This document shows positions 19,388 through 28,597 of a stretch of DNA of 64,000 bases, piece by piece; position 1 is the stretch's first letter, and the number at the start of each line of letters is the position of its first letter. A program made the position numbers and the translations under genes. The DNA comes from Pseudomonadota bacterium (GTDB lineage: Bacteria; Pseudomonadota; Gammaproteobacteria; Pseudomonadales; Moraxellaceae), in NCBI GenBank assembly GCA_038043385.1, contig JBBTCA010000001.1, forward strand, positions 171,357 to 235,356, read 5' to 3'. Under the pieces are notes generated by a model. The model was not told the origin of the DNA. It was given only the letters and a program-made list of their open reading frames with translations, and ran no database searches.

Positions 19388-21214
19388 ATGTTTGCCTGGT
19401 TTGAGCGTCGTCTGGACCCTTTCCCGCCGGAAGAACCGCAAGAGCCGCCACGCACGCTGGTGGCGTTCTGTCTGCATTACACCCGTGGTGCCTGGCCCTG
19501 GCTCACGGCCTCGGCCATCCTCATCGCGCTGATTGCCATGGCCGAAGTCTGGCTCTTCGGTTTTCTGGGCGATATCGTCAATTGGTTGTCGCAGCAGTCG
19601 CGCGAGACCTTCTGGGCGACGCAGCGCTGGCAGCTGCTGGGCATGGCTGCCGTGGTGCTGGCACTGCCGGTGATGACCTTCATGCACTCTCTGCTTAATC
19701 ATCAGACGCTGATGGGCAACTACCCCATGCGCATCCGCTGGATGGTTCACCGCTACCTGCTGCGCCAGTCCATGGCGTTCTATCAGGACGAGTTCGCCGG
19801 GCGCATCGCCACCAAGCTCATGCAGACGGCGCTGGCCGTGCGCGAGTGCGTGATCAAGCTCATTGATGTGCTGAATTACATCATTGTCTATTTCATCGGC
19901 ACGGTGGTGCTGATTGCCAGCGCGGACTGGCGGCTGGCGATGCCGCTGCTGGTCTGGCTGGCGTGCTACTTGCTCATGCTGCGCTATTTCGTGCCGCGCC
20001 TGAGTCGGGTGTCGCAAACCCAGGCCGATGCGCGTTCGCTGATGACGGGCCGGATTGTGGACAGCTACACCAACATCCAGACCGTGAAGTTGTTTTCGCA
20101 TGCGCAGCGAGAAGCGTCGTTTGCCCGCGAAGGCATGGGCGAGTTCATGGTCAGCGTGCATGGCCAGATGCGCTTGGTGACGCAGCTCAATGTCACGCTC
20201 TACAGCCTCAATGCCGTGTTGCTGCTGTCGGTGGCCGGGCTGGCGTTGTCGCTATGGCTGGATCAGCTGATTGCGGTCGGTGCCGTGGCGGTGGCGCTCG
20301 GGCTGGTGCTGCGCTTGTCTGGTATGTCGCAGTGGATCATGTGGGAAGTGTCGGCGCTGTTCGAGAACATCGGCACCGTGCAGGACGGCATCAGCTCGAT
20401 TGCCCGACCGCATCGCGTGGAGGATGTGCCTCAGGCGCCGGCGTTGGCGATTCAGGCTGGCGACATCGTGTTTGATCGGCTGCGCTTTCACTACGGCAAG
20501 GCCGCCGGCGTGTTCGAGGATTTGTCGCTGCATATCCGGCCGGGCGAGAAGGTCGGGCTGGTCGGGCGTTCAGGCGCGGGCAAGTCCACGCTGGTCAATC
20601 TGCTGCTGCGCTTCCACGATCTGGAGGGTGGCACCATTCGCATCGACGGGCAGGATATCGCGCAGGTGACGCAAGACTCGCTGCGCGCGCAGATCGGCAT
20701 GGTCACGCAGGATACTTCGCTGCTGCATCGCTCGGTGCGCGACAACATCCGCTACGGCCGGCCCGATGCTTCGGATGCCGAAGTGCTGGCGGCGGCCGCC
20801 CGCGCTCAGGCTGACGGGTTCATTGAGAGCTTGCAGGATGCCAAACACCGGCACGGCCTCGATGCTCATGTCGGCGAGCGCGGCGTCAAGCTCTCCGGCG
20901 GTCAGCGCCAGCGCATCGCCATCGCCCGCGTCATGCTCAAGGACGCGCCGATCCTGATTCTCGACGAGGCGACTTCAGCGCTGGATTCGGAAGTGGAGGC
21001 GGCGATCCAGGAGAACCTGTATCGCCTCATGGCCGGCAAGACGGTGATTGCCATCGCCCACCGGCTGTCCACGATTGCGGCTATGGACAGGCTGGTGGTG
21101 ATGGATCAGGGTCGCATCGTGGAAGTCGGCACGCATGCCGAGCTGGTTGCCGCCGGCGGCCTGTACGCGCAGCTGTGGGCGCGCCAGTCCGGGGGCTTTC
21201 TGGAGTCGGACTAA
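19388..21214 (+). CDS. ABC transporter, fused permease/ATP-binding (MsbA/MdlB-like exporter)
   Basis: Multiple TM segments, GRSGAGKST, LSGGQRQRIAIAR, ILDEATSALD. Confidence 0.93.
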   Translation: MFAWFERRLDPFPPEEPQEPPRTLVAFCLHYTRGAWPWLTASAILIALIAMAEVWLFGFLGDIVNWLSQQSRETFWATQRWQLLGMAAVVLALPVMTFMHSLLNHQTLMGNYPMRIRWMVHRYLLRQSMAFYQDEFAGRIATKLMQTALAVRECVIKLIDVLNYIIVYFIGTVVLIASADWRLAMPLLVWLACYLLMLRYFVPRLSRVSQTQADARSLMTGRIVDSYTNIQTVKLFSHAQREASFAREGMGEFMVSVHGQMRLVTQLNVTLYSLNAVLLLSVAGLALSLWLDQLIAVGAVAVALGLVLRLSGMSQWIMWEVSALFENIGTVQDGISSIARPHRVEDVPQAPALAIQAGDIVFDRLRFHYGKAAGVFEDLSLHIRPGEKVGLVGRSGAGKSTLVNLLLRFHDLEGGTIRIDGQDIAQVTQDSLRAQIGMVTQDTSLLHRSVRDNIRYGRPDASDAEVLAAAARAQADGFIESLQDAKHRHGLDAHVGERGVKLSGGQRQRIAIARVMLKDAPILILDEATSALDSEVEAAIQENLYRLMAGKTVIAIAHRLSTIAAMDRLVVMDQGRIVEVGTHAELVAAGGLYAQLWARQSGGFLESD

Positions 21215-21239
21215 CTTTAGTCCGACTCGCTGAGCTGGA

Positions 21240-22604
21240 TCAGGCCTCCAGTTCGGCGAGGCCGTCCTCCAGATACTGCAGCAGCTTCTGCATATGCGGC
21301 AGCGTGCGGCGGCAGGCGATGATGCCGATCTCGAACTTCTCGGCGTAGCTGACCACCGTGATGTTGGTGGCCTGGCCGTCCATCGCGATGGACACCGGGT
21401 AGATGCCCTCCAGCTTGGCGCCATTCCAGTACAGCGTTTCGCGCGGGCCCGGCACATTCGATACCACGATGTTGAACGCCTGCCAGGTCGGCGCGATGCC
21501 GGTCGCCATGTTGATGCCGCTGACCGCCATGGCGGTGGCCACATAGTTCATGATTTCCAGCTGATTCATGGTCGCGAACCTGTCCTTGCTGTTCTGCACC
21601 GAGCGCGCGATGGCATCCAGGCGCTCCAGCGGATCGGCGAGATGCGTGGCGAGGTTGGCGAGCACGACGCCGACCTGGTTGCCGCCCTCGGAGTCATCCT
21701 TGCGCAATGACATCGGCACCATGGCCACCAGCGGTTTGTCGGGCAGGGCGTTGAGTTCAATCAGGTATTTGCGGACGGCGGCAGCACACATGGCCAGCAC
21801 GATGTCGTTGAGTGTGGCGTTGTGGCGTTTGGCGGCGGCTTTGATGCGCGGCAAGTGCCACGATTGCGCGGCGAAACGCCGTGAGGCGCTGATCGGCTGG
21901 TTGAGGATGGTGCGCGGTGCCTGGAACACCGACACATAGTCGGCGTCGGAGCTGCGTGCCTTAATCGACTTGTAGATCTCGCGGGCCACGGTGGGCCAGG
22001 TTGAGGCTTGCTCTTTGACGATGCTGGCGAATTTCGCAGCACGCGACAGTGGCTGCGTGACCTGCGCCACAACGCCATCGGCCGGAGCGCGCTTGCGTGG
22101 CGGAATCGCCCAGAACGGCACGGTATCGCGCACGGCAGGATCGGGCGACATGCTGCGCTGCAACATGCGCATGCCCGCCACACCATCGACCAGAGCATGG
22201 TGGATACGGCTGTAGACGGCGACGCGGCCATCTTCCACGCCATCAATGATGTAGATCTCCCAAAGTGGCTTGGCGCGATCCATCACACCGCTATGCAGCT
22301 TGGAAACAATCGCCAGCAGCTCGCGGATACGGCCCGGCTTGGGCAGCGAGATGTGGTGGAAATGAGCTTCGAGGTCGAATTCGGTGTCGTCAGTCCAGAA
22401 CGGCAGGCCGAGCTTGTAAGTCAGCAGCTGATTGAACGGCGGCTGCGCCTTGGTGTAGGAGCGCGCCCAGTCGGCCAGCTCCTGCGCGTAGTTGGGGCCG
22501 GCATCCGGCGGCGGCGACAGCAGCATCAGGCTGCCCACATGCATGGGCTGATTGCGGCGCTCAACGAGCAGGAACATCTGGTCTTGCGGGGAAAGCGGCG
22601 TCAT
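21240..22604 (-). CDS. wax ester synthase/diacylglycerol acyltransferase (WS/DGAT)
   Basis: LSPQDQMFL...QPMHVG, HHALVDG catalytic motif, NIVVSNVPGP. Confidence 0.94.
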   Translation of the reverse strand: MTPLSPQDQMFLLVERRNQPMHVGSLMLLSPPPDAGPNYAQELADWARSYTKAQPPFNQLLTYKLGLPFWTDDTEFDLEAHFHHISLPKPGRIRELLAIVSKLHSGVMDRAKPLWEIYIIDGVEDGRVAVYSRIHHALVDGVAGMRMLQRSMSPDPAVRDTVPFWAIPPRKRAPADGVVAQVTQPLSRAAKFASIVKEQASTWPTVAREIYKSIKARSSDADYVSVFQAPRTILNQPISASRRFAAQSWHLPRIKAAAKRHNATLNDIVLAMCAAAVRKYLIELNALPDKPLVAMVPMSLRKDDSEGGNQVGVVLANLATHLADPLERLDAIARSVQNSKDRFATMNQLEIMNYVATAMAVSGINMATGIAPTWQAFNIVVSNVPGPRETLYWNGAKLEGIYPVSIAMDGQATNITVVSYAEKFEIGIIACRRTLPHMQKLLQYLEDGLAELEA

Positions 22605-24457
22605 AGCTTGATGCTCTTATTATGAATTTCTTGATGGATGGCGGCGGTCAGCGGCTCGTAGCCGCGAGCGCGGTCGGCGAGCACGAACAGCGGCTCGCCG
22701 ATGCGCTCGGGATCGAAGCCTTCCTGCTTGAGTTCGACCTTGCGGTACTTGAAGGTGCCGGTGGTTTCCTGCGCGGCCTGCACGCGGATGAACAGGGGCA
22801 CGGCGTAGGCGGGCAGCGTGGCGGCGAGATGCTGTGCCAGCGCCGCACCATCCAGCGCGTGACCGGCTTTCAGGGTGATGGCGGCCATGCCGGCGCGACC
22901 GTCGCAGCCCGGCACATTCACCCCATAGACGGCCCCGTGCTCGATACTGTCGAAGCGGGCGACCGCGCCCTCGACTTCGGTGCTGGCCACATTTTCGCCC
23001 TTCCAGCGGAAGGTATCGCCCACGCGGTCAACGAACTGGATGTGGCGCAGACCCTGATCGCGCACGAGGTCGCCGGTGTTGAAGTAGCAGTCGCCCTTCT
23101 TGAACACACCTCGGATCAGCTTCTTCTCGCCGGCGGCGGGGTCGGTGTAGCCATCGAACGGGCGGCGCTCGCTGACCTCGCTGATGAGCAGGCCGATGCC
23201 ACCTTTTTTCACTTTGATCAGATGCCCCTTGGCGTCCTTCACCGGCTCGTCGCTGTCGGCATCGAACTCAACGATGGCAAACGGCAGCGGCGAGAAACCG
23301 GCCGTCTCGGACACGCCGAAGGCATTGATGAAGCCGATGTTGGACTCGCTGGCGCCGTAGAATTCGTAGATGCGCTCGATGGCAAAGCGCTTCTGGAATT
23401 GCTGCCAGATTTCCGGGCGCAGGCCGTTGCCGGTGATCAGGCGGATCTTGTGATCCTGATCGCGCGCGGTGGCATCGCGATTGAGCAGATAGCGCAGCAG
23501 CTCGCCGATGTAGGTGAAGGCGGTGGCGTCGTAATGGCGGATGCGATCCCAGAACTGGCTGGCGCTGAACTTGCGGTCTATCGCCAGCGTAGCCCCAGCG
23601 GAGAGCACGCAGCCCCAGGCCACGGTCAGCGCGTTGTTGTGATACAGCGGCAGGCAGCAATAGAAAATATCGTCTGATTTCAGGCGCATGGTGGCGTTGC
23701 CGACACCGGCCATCGACGCCAGCCAGCGGTAGTGCGTCATCACCGAGGCTTTTGGCATGCCGGTGGTGCCTGAGGTGAAGATGTAATAGCAGGGCTGCCG
23801 GGCCGTCACTTCGCGGGTGCTGGCTGGGTTGATGCTGCGCTGGCGGCCGCTGTCGCGATCCAGATCGATATAACCGTCCGGGGCCGGCGTCCGTGCGTCG
23901 CCGCCGGTCCAGAAGAAGGTCATGGCGTTGCTGCCGGGCTGGCAGTCGGTGGATTCCAGCGCAGCGCGGCATTCGGCGCTGAGCACCAGCACCTTGGGCT
24001 TGACCAGGCCGATGCTGTGGCTGAGCGTTTCGCCGCGCTGGTTGAAATTGAGCATGCCGGCGATGGCACCGAGCTTCACCGCCGCTGCCACGCAGGCGAG
24101 CTGCATCGGGCTGTTTTCGGCGAGGATGGCTACGGTGTCGCCACTGCCTACGCCCTGCGCGGCAAAGCTGGCGGACAGGCGATTGGCCCAGCTGTTGAAC
24201 TCGGCATAGGTCCACTGCTGATCCTGCCAGCGCACGGCCACGCGCTGCGGTGCTTGCCGGGCCCAGCGTTCGAGCACACGGCCGATGGACAGCTTGCTGT
24301 CTGGCTTCAGCGTGGCGAGGCCGAACAGGCCCTTGTTGAGCGTGACCAGATCGGGGATGGCTTGCAGCGCGCCGCGAGCAATGTCGCGCAGACCGACTTT
24401 TTTAGGAGCGTCAGGCTTGGCGGCGTCAGAGGCCGCTGGATTAGAGGATGCGCACAT
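22601..24457 (-). CDS. long-chain acyl-CoA synthetase (FATP/VLACS type)
   Basis: YIFTSGTTGMPKA, YGASE, YFNTGDL, DRVGDTFRWKGENVAS; start trimmed to MCASSN since the longer ORF runs into modE. Confidence 0.9.
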   Translation of the reverse strand: MCASSNPAASDAAKPDAPKKVGLRDIARGALQAIPDLVTLNKGLFGLATLKPDSKLSIGRVLERWARQAPQRVAVRWQDQQWTYAEFNSWANRLSASFAAQGVGSGDTVAILAENSPMQLACVAAAVKLGAIAGMLNFNQRGETLSHSIGLVKPKVLVLSAECRAALESTDCQPGSNAMTFFWTGGDARTPAPDGYIDLDRDSGRQRSINPASTREVTARQPCYYIFTSGTTGMPKASVMTHYRWLASMAGVGNATMRLKSDDIFYCCLPLYHNNALTVAWGCVLSAGATLAIDRKFSASQFWDRIRHYDATAFTYIGELLRYLLNRDATARDQDHKIRLITGNGLRPEIWQQFQKRFAIERIYEFYGASESNIGFINAFGVSETAGFSPLPFAIVEFDADSDEPVKDAKGHLIKVKKGGIGLLISEVSERRPFDGYTDPAAGEKKLIRGVFKKGDCYFNTGDLVRDQGLRHIQFVDRVGDTFRWKGENVASTEVEGAVARFDSIEHGAVYGVNVPGCDGRAGMAAITLKAGHALDGAALAQHLAATLPAYAVPLFIRVQAAQETTGTFKYRKVELKQEGFDPERIGEPLFVLADRARGYEPLTAAIHQEIHNKSIKL

Positions 24458-24584
24458 GAGGGTCAGCTCTCTGAAAAGAGTCTTGTTAGATACGGGCAAT
24501 GAGTTTGCCATAAAAGAGTTGCTGTCAGACTGTGATGCCGGCGTGGCAAGATAAAAGGCGGTGTTTACAAGACTGGGAGCGGGC

Positions 24585-24965
24585 ATGTTGATACATCGTA
24601 TCCGCCTGATGCAGGGTGATGAGATTGCGCTGGGGCCGGGCAAGGCCGATATCTTGAGGGCGATTCGCGAGCACGGCTCGATCTCGGCGGCGGCGCGTCG
24701 CATGGGCATGAGCTATCGCCGCGCCTGGCTGCTGGTGGACACCATGAACCGGTGTTTCCGCGAGCCACTGGTGCTGTCGGCGGCGGGTGGCAGCCAGGGC
24801 GGCGGGGCCAGCCTGACGCCGCATGGCGAGGAGGTCTTGAGTCACTACGAAAAGATGGAGGCCGAAGTGAGTCGTGTCACCGATTCATACGAGGGGCAAT
24901 TCAACGGCTGGCTGCGCGATGACGCGTCTGAGCAACGGCCGGCCGAGCCATCAGGCACCGACTAG
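24585..24965 (+). CDS. modE: short ModE-type winged-helix molybdenum regulator (no MOP/TOBE domain)
   Basis: LGPGKADIL...GSISAAARRMGMSYRRAWLLVDTMN...GGGASLT; adjacent to modABC. Confidence 0.88.
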   Translation: MLIHRIRLMQGDEIALGPGKADILRAIREHGSISAAARRMGMSYRRAWLLVDTMNRCFREPLVLSAAGGSQGGGASLTPHGEEVLSHYEKMEAEVSRVTDSYEGQFNGWLRDDASEQRPAEPSGTD

Positions 24966-25592
24966 CCGCCCATCGGCCAGCGTCAGCACATGCGGCGTCA
25001 GCGCCTCGATTTCATCACGCGAATGGCTCACATAGAGCATGGGGATGCCGGTCTCGTCGCGCACGCGCTGTAGGAACGGCAGGATCTGCGCCTTCAGCCG
25101 GCTGTCTAGCGCGGATAGCGGCTCGTCGAGTAACAGCAGCTGCGGCGAATAGAGCAGCGCGCGACCCAGCGCCACACGCTGGCGCTCGCCGCCAGACAGC
25201 TGCTGCGGCATGCGCGCCAGCAACGAACCGATGTCGAGCATGGCCACGATGTCATCCAGCGCATAACGCCGCTGCTCTGGCCGCAGCCGCTGCCAGCCAT
25301 AGAGCAGGTTCTGGCGCACGGCGAGGTGCGGAAACAGCCGGCCATCCTGAAACAGCAGCCCGATGTGGCGCTGATGCGGCGGCACAAACACACGCTGGCG
25401 GGTATCCACCAACACGCGATCAGCCAGCACGATACGGCCCTGCGTGGGCGCCAACAGGCCGGCCAGCAAGGCCAGCAGCGTGCTCTTACCGGCGCCGGAT
25501 GCACCGAAGATCGCCGTCACCGGCTCGTTCAGCGTGGCCGCCATGTGCAGCTGAAACTCGCCGCGCTGCAGGGTCAGATCAAAGTTCAGCAT
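24951..25592 (-). CDS. modC: molybdate ABC transporter ATP-binding protein (short, no TOBE)
   Basis: GASGAGKST, FQDGRLFPHL, LSGGERQRVALGRAL, YVSHSRDE. Confidence 0.92.
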   Translation of the reverse strand: MLNFDLTLQRGEFQLHMAATLNEPVTAIFGASGAGKSTLLALLAGLLAPTQGRIVLADRVLVDTRQRVFVPPHQRHIGLLFQDGRLFPHLAVRQNLLYGWQRLRPEQRRYALDDIVAMLDIGSLLARMPQQLSGGERQRVALGRALLYSPQLLLLDEPLSALDSRLKAQILPFLQRVRDETGIPMLYVSHSRDEIEALTPHVLTLADGRLVGA

Positions 25593-26283
25593 GATGGCCC
25601 TGACCCAGGCGCTGCGCGGCGCGTCGTGAGAGATAGTTGCCGAGCAGCAGCGAGGCAAACGCCAGCGTCAGCGAAATCAGGATCAGGCGCATGGCCATCG
25701 GTTCGCCATCAATACGCTGGACGGCGCTGTAAATGGCCAGCGGCAGTGTGCGCGTTTCCCCCTCGATGTTGCCGACGAAGGTGATGGTGGCACCAAACTC
25801 GCCGAGGCTGCGACTGAAGGTGAGCAGCGCCCCGACCAGAATGCCAGGCAGGGCCAGCGGCAGCGTGACGCTGGCAAAAAGCATCAGCGGCGAGGCTCCG
25901 AGCGTGCGCGCGGCGTTTTCCAGACGGGCATCGACCAGTTGCATGGACAGCCGCACCGACTGCACCAGCAGCGGAAAGCCCATGACCGCCGACGCCAGCG
26001 CTGCGCCCAGCCAGTTGAACGAAAACGACACCCCGCAGCAGTCCGCAAGCCAGCGCCCGACCGGCCCTTGGCTGCCGAAAGCCAGCAGCAGCAAGTAGCC
26101 CGGTACCACCGGCGGCAGGACCATGGGTAGATGCACCACGGCATCGAGCATGGCCTTGCCGACGAACTCGCGCTTGGCCAGCAGCCAGCCGAGAAAGATG
26201 CCGGGCAGGAGGCTGGCCAGCGTGGCGATACCGGCGACCTTGAAGGAAAGCCAGAGGGCCGATTGTTCTTCCGGTGTCAGCAT
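25579..26283 (-). CDS. modB: molybdate ABC transporter permease
   Basis: HLPMVLPPVVPGY, EAA-like ENAARTLGA, RSLGEFGATI, TRTLPLAIY. Confidence 0.95.
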   Translation of the reverse strand: MLTPEEQSALWLSFKVAGIATLASLLPGIFLGWLLAKREFVGKAMLDAVVHLPMVLPPVVPGYLLLLAFGSQGPVGRWLADCCGVSFSFNWLGAALASAVMGFPLLVQSVRLSMQLVDARLENAARTLGASPLMLFASVTLPLALPGILVGALLTFSRSLGEFGATITFVGNIEGETRTLPLAIYSAVQRIDGEPMAMRLILISLTLAFASLLLGNYLSRRAAQRLGQGHHAEL

Positions 26284-26308
26284 ACGGTTGCGTTGCTCAT
26301 GCTTTGGC

Positions 26309-27076
26309 TCAAGGGGTCAGTACCACGAAGCCGGCCTGGCGATAAACCGCCTTGGCGGCATCGCTCTGCAGGTAGCGGTAAAAGTCGCGGGCCTCACTAG
26401 AGGCGCGCGGCAGCAGGGCGATGGGGTAGATGATAGGGTCGTGCGAGCTGGCGGCAAAGCGTCCGGCGATCATGACCTGCGTGCTGGCAGCGGCATCGGT
26501 GGCATAGACCACACCCAGCGGGCATTCGCCGCGCTGCACAAACGCCAGTGCTGTGCGCACATCCTCGGTGCCGACCACGCGCTTCGCCAGCGCATCCCAC
26601 CAGCCCAGGCTTTGCAGCGCCTGTTGCCCGTAGATGCCGGCCGGCACATGGCTGGGGTCGCCCATGCAGAGCTTGCCGGTGAAGCTGGCGGCGAGGTCAG
26701 TGCCCTTTTTCATGACCACGGTGCGCGGCTGGGCAGCCGACGCAATCAGTACCAGCTCGTTGCCAAGCAGGTTCTTGCGCGAGCCTTTGTCGATCAGCCG
26801 GCGGGTTTGCAGATAGTCCATCCACTGCGTATCGGCAGCGATGTAGAGGCCTGCCGGCGCGCCGGCTTCGATCTGCTTGGCCAGCGTCGAAGAGGAAGCG
26901 AACGACGGCTTGATGTGCGTTGATTTGTCCTGCTCGTAGCTCGTGGCCAGGGTCTTGATGACATTGGTCAGGCTGGCGGCGGCGTAGATCGTGACATCGC
27001 CTGCCCATAGCGGGGATGCCAGGAAAAGGCATCCTGCCAGCGCGAGTTTTGCGAGTGAGGTGTTGCGTTGCGCCAT
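26309..27076 (-). CDS. modA: molybdate ABC transporter periplasmic binding protein
   Basis: Signal peptide, YAAASL, FASSSTLAKQIEAGAPA, VPAGIYG, DVRTALAFVQRGE. Confidence 0.95.
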   Translation of the reverse strand: MAQRNTSLAKLALAGCLFLASPLWAGDVTIYAAASLTNVIKTLATSYEQDKSTHIKPSFASSSTLAKQIEAGAPAGLYIAADTQWMDYLQTRRLIDKGSRKNLLGNELVLIASAAQPRTVVMKKGTDLAASFTGKLCMGDPSHVPAGIYGQQALQSLGWWDALAKRVVGTEDVRTALAFVQRGECPLGVVYATDAAASTQVMIAGRFAASSHDPIIYPIALLPRASSEARDFYRYLQSDAAKAVYRQAGFVVLTP

Positions 27077-27105
27077 GTTGAATCTCCTTTGATTGTATTT
27101 TGCCT

Positions 27106-27129
27106 GGTTATATCTTGTTGTATATAACG
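27106..27129. promoter_or_regulatory. ModE box upstream of modA
   Basis: GGTTATATC-N6-TATATAACG matches the ModE consensus CGYTATATA-N6-TATATARCG. Confidence 0.85.
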
Positions 27130-27213
27130 ATTTCTACTGCCATGATTCGCCCACTTCCAGGTTTGGCTTTTCCGGCTGCTGTTCAGGTTGCTGTCGCATG
27201 CTTCAACATGCGG

Positions 27214-27237
27214 CGCTATGTATAAGCAAATATAGCG
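27214..27237. promoter_or_regulatory. second ModE box upstream of porin gene
   Basis: CGCTATGTA-N6-AATATAGCG, one mismatch per half-site, 22 nt before the porin ATG. Confidence 0.75.
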
Positions 27238-27259
27238 ACAACTTCAACAGGAGCCACAC

Positions 27260-28537
27260 ATGAAATTCAATTTTTCACGGACACCGATGTTTGCATTGCC
27301 GCTGCTGACCACATTGGCCACGCCTGTTTTTGCTGGCGATGCCACGCTGGAGTTGCTCGCCCAGAAGGGCATCATCAGCGCCGAGGAATACGCCACGCTG
27401 AAAGCCAAGCAGAAAGATCAGGCTCAGGTCAGCCTCAAGGACGGCCTGAAAATCACCAGTCAGGATGGCAAGGGCAATGTCCAGTTTGGTGCCTTGATGC
27501 AGCTGGATGCGGCGCACTTTACCAACAAGAGTAGCGGGGCCAGCAAGGACTACGGCGATGGCAGCGAGCTGCGGCGCGGCCGTCTGAGCATGTCTGGCAC
27601 CAGCGGTGCCTGGGATTTCCGCCTAGAGACCGAGCTGTCGCCGAATGCCACGCTCGGCATTACCGATGCCTGGGCGACCTGGCGCGGGCCGGTGAACATC
27701 ACAGCCGGCAACTTCAAGGTGCCCTACAGCATGGAAGCGCTGATGAGCGACAAGAATCTGGCCTTCATGGAGCGTTCGCTGGCGGCGGCATTTCTGCCAG
27801 TACGGGCGCCGGGCATCATGGTCAGCAAAAGCAGCCCGCACGGCAGCCTAGCCGCCGGTGTTTTTGGCGAACCGCTGAGCACCGCCACGAGCGATGACGA
27901 AGGCGGTGGCTTCAGTGCCCGCGCAACTTGGGCGCCGATGATTGCCAGCGGCCATGTGCTGCATGTGGGCGGCTCGATGCACTGGCGTCAGCCAACTCAG
28001 GTGTCGGCCGGCAGCAAGCTGGAAACGCTGCGGCTGTCGAGCAAACCGGAGATGAACCTGTTCCCGGATCGGCTGGTGGATACCGGCAACATTGCCGGCG
28101 ATGTGCGCGACAGCCGCGTTGCTGCGCTGGAGCTGGCCACAACGCAAGGCCCGGTGACGGCGCAGGCGGAATATGCGATGACGCAGGTTCGTCGTGAGAC
28201 CGGCAGCAATCTCGACTTTACCGGCGCCTATGCCCAGATCGCCTGGGCCGTGACCGGCGAAGTGCGTGGCTACAAGCCGGAAACGGGCGTGCTGGACGGC
28301 ATCCGACCGAATGGGGCGGTGGCCTGGGAGCTGGCGGCGCGCTATTCCAAGTTGGATCTGACGGATGGCACGGTCAAGGGCGGCGAAGAGCGCAATGCCA
28401 GCTATGCCATCAACGCCTATGTGGGGCCGAATGTGAAGCTGAGCCTGAACTATGTGGATGTGCTGTCGGTCAAAGGCGGGCTCATGAACGGCAATGAACC
28501 ATCGGCAGTGATGCTGCGCACGCAGTTCAGTTATTAA
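27260..28537 (+). CDS. OprO/OprP-family anion-selective outer membrane porin
   Basis: Signal peptide, N-terminal LAQKGIISAEEY helix, ELRRGRL, FKVPYSME...FMERS, WELAARYS, C-terminal RTQFSY beta-signal; AGGAG RBS. Confidence 0.85.
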   Translation: MKFNFSRTPMFALPLLTTLATPVFAGDATLELLAQKGIISAEEYATLKAKQKDQAQVSLKDGLKITSQDGKGNVQFGALMQLDAAHFTNKSSGASKDYGDGSELRRGRLSMSGTSGAWDFRLETELSPNATLGITDAWATWRGPVNITAGNFKVPYSMEALMSDKNLAFMERSLAAAFLPVRAPGIMVSKSSPHGSLAAGVFGEPLSTATSDDEGGGFSARATWAPMIASGHVLHVGGSMHWRQPTQVSAGSKLETLRLSSKPEMNLFPDRLVDTGNIAGDVRDSRVAALELATTQGPVTAQAEYAMTQVRRETGSNLDFTGAYAQIAWAVTGEVRGYKPETGVLDGIRPNGAVAWELAARYSKLDLTDGTVKGGEERNASYAINAYVGPNVKLSLNYVDVLSVKGGLMNGNEPSAVMLRTQFSY

Positions 28538-28597
28538 GCTGATGTGCTAGCGGCACGGGGATCTGTCAAAAGCCCTGTGCCGCGAACACAAGAGGCT

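Noticed and set aside
24458-24709. N-terminal extension of the acyl-CoA synthetase ORF
   Set aside because: Overlaps modE on the opposite strand and looks non-coding.
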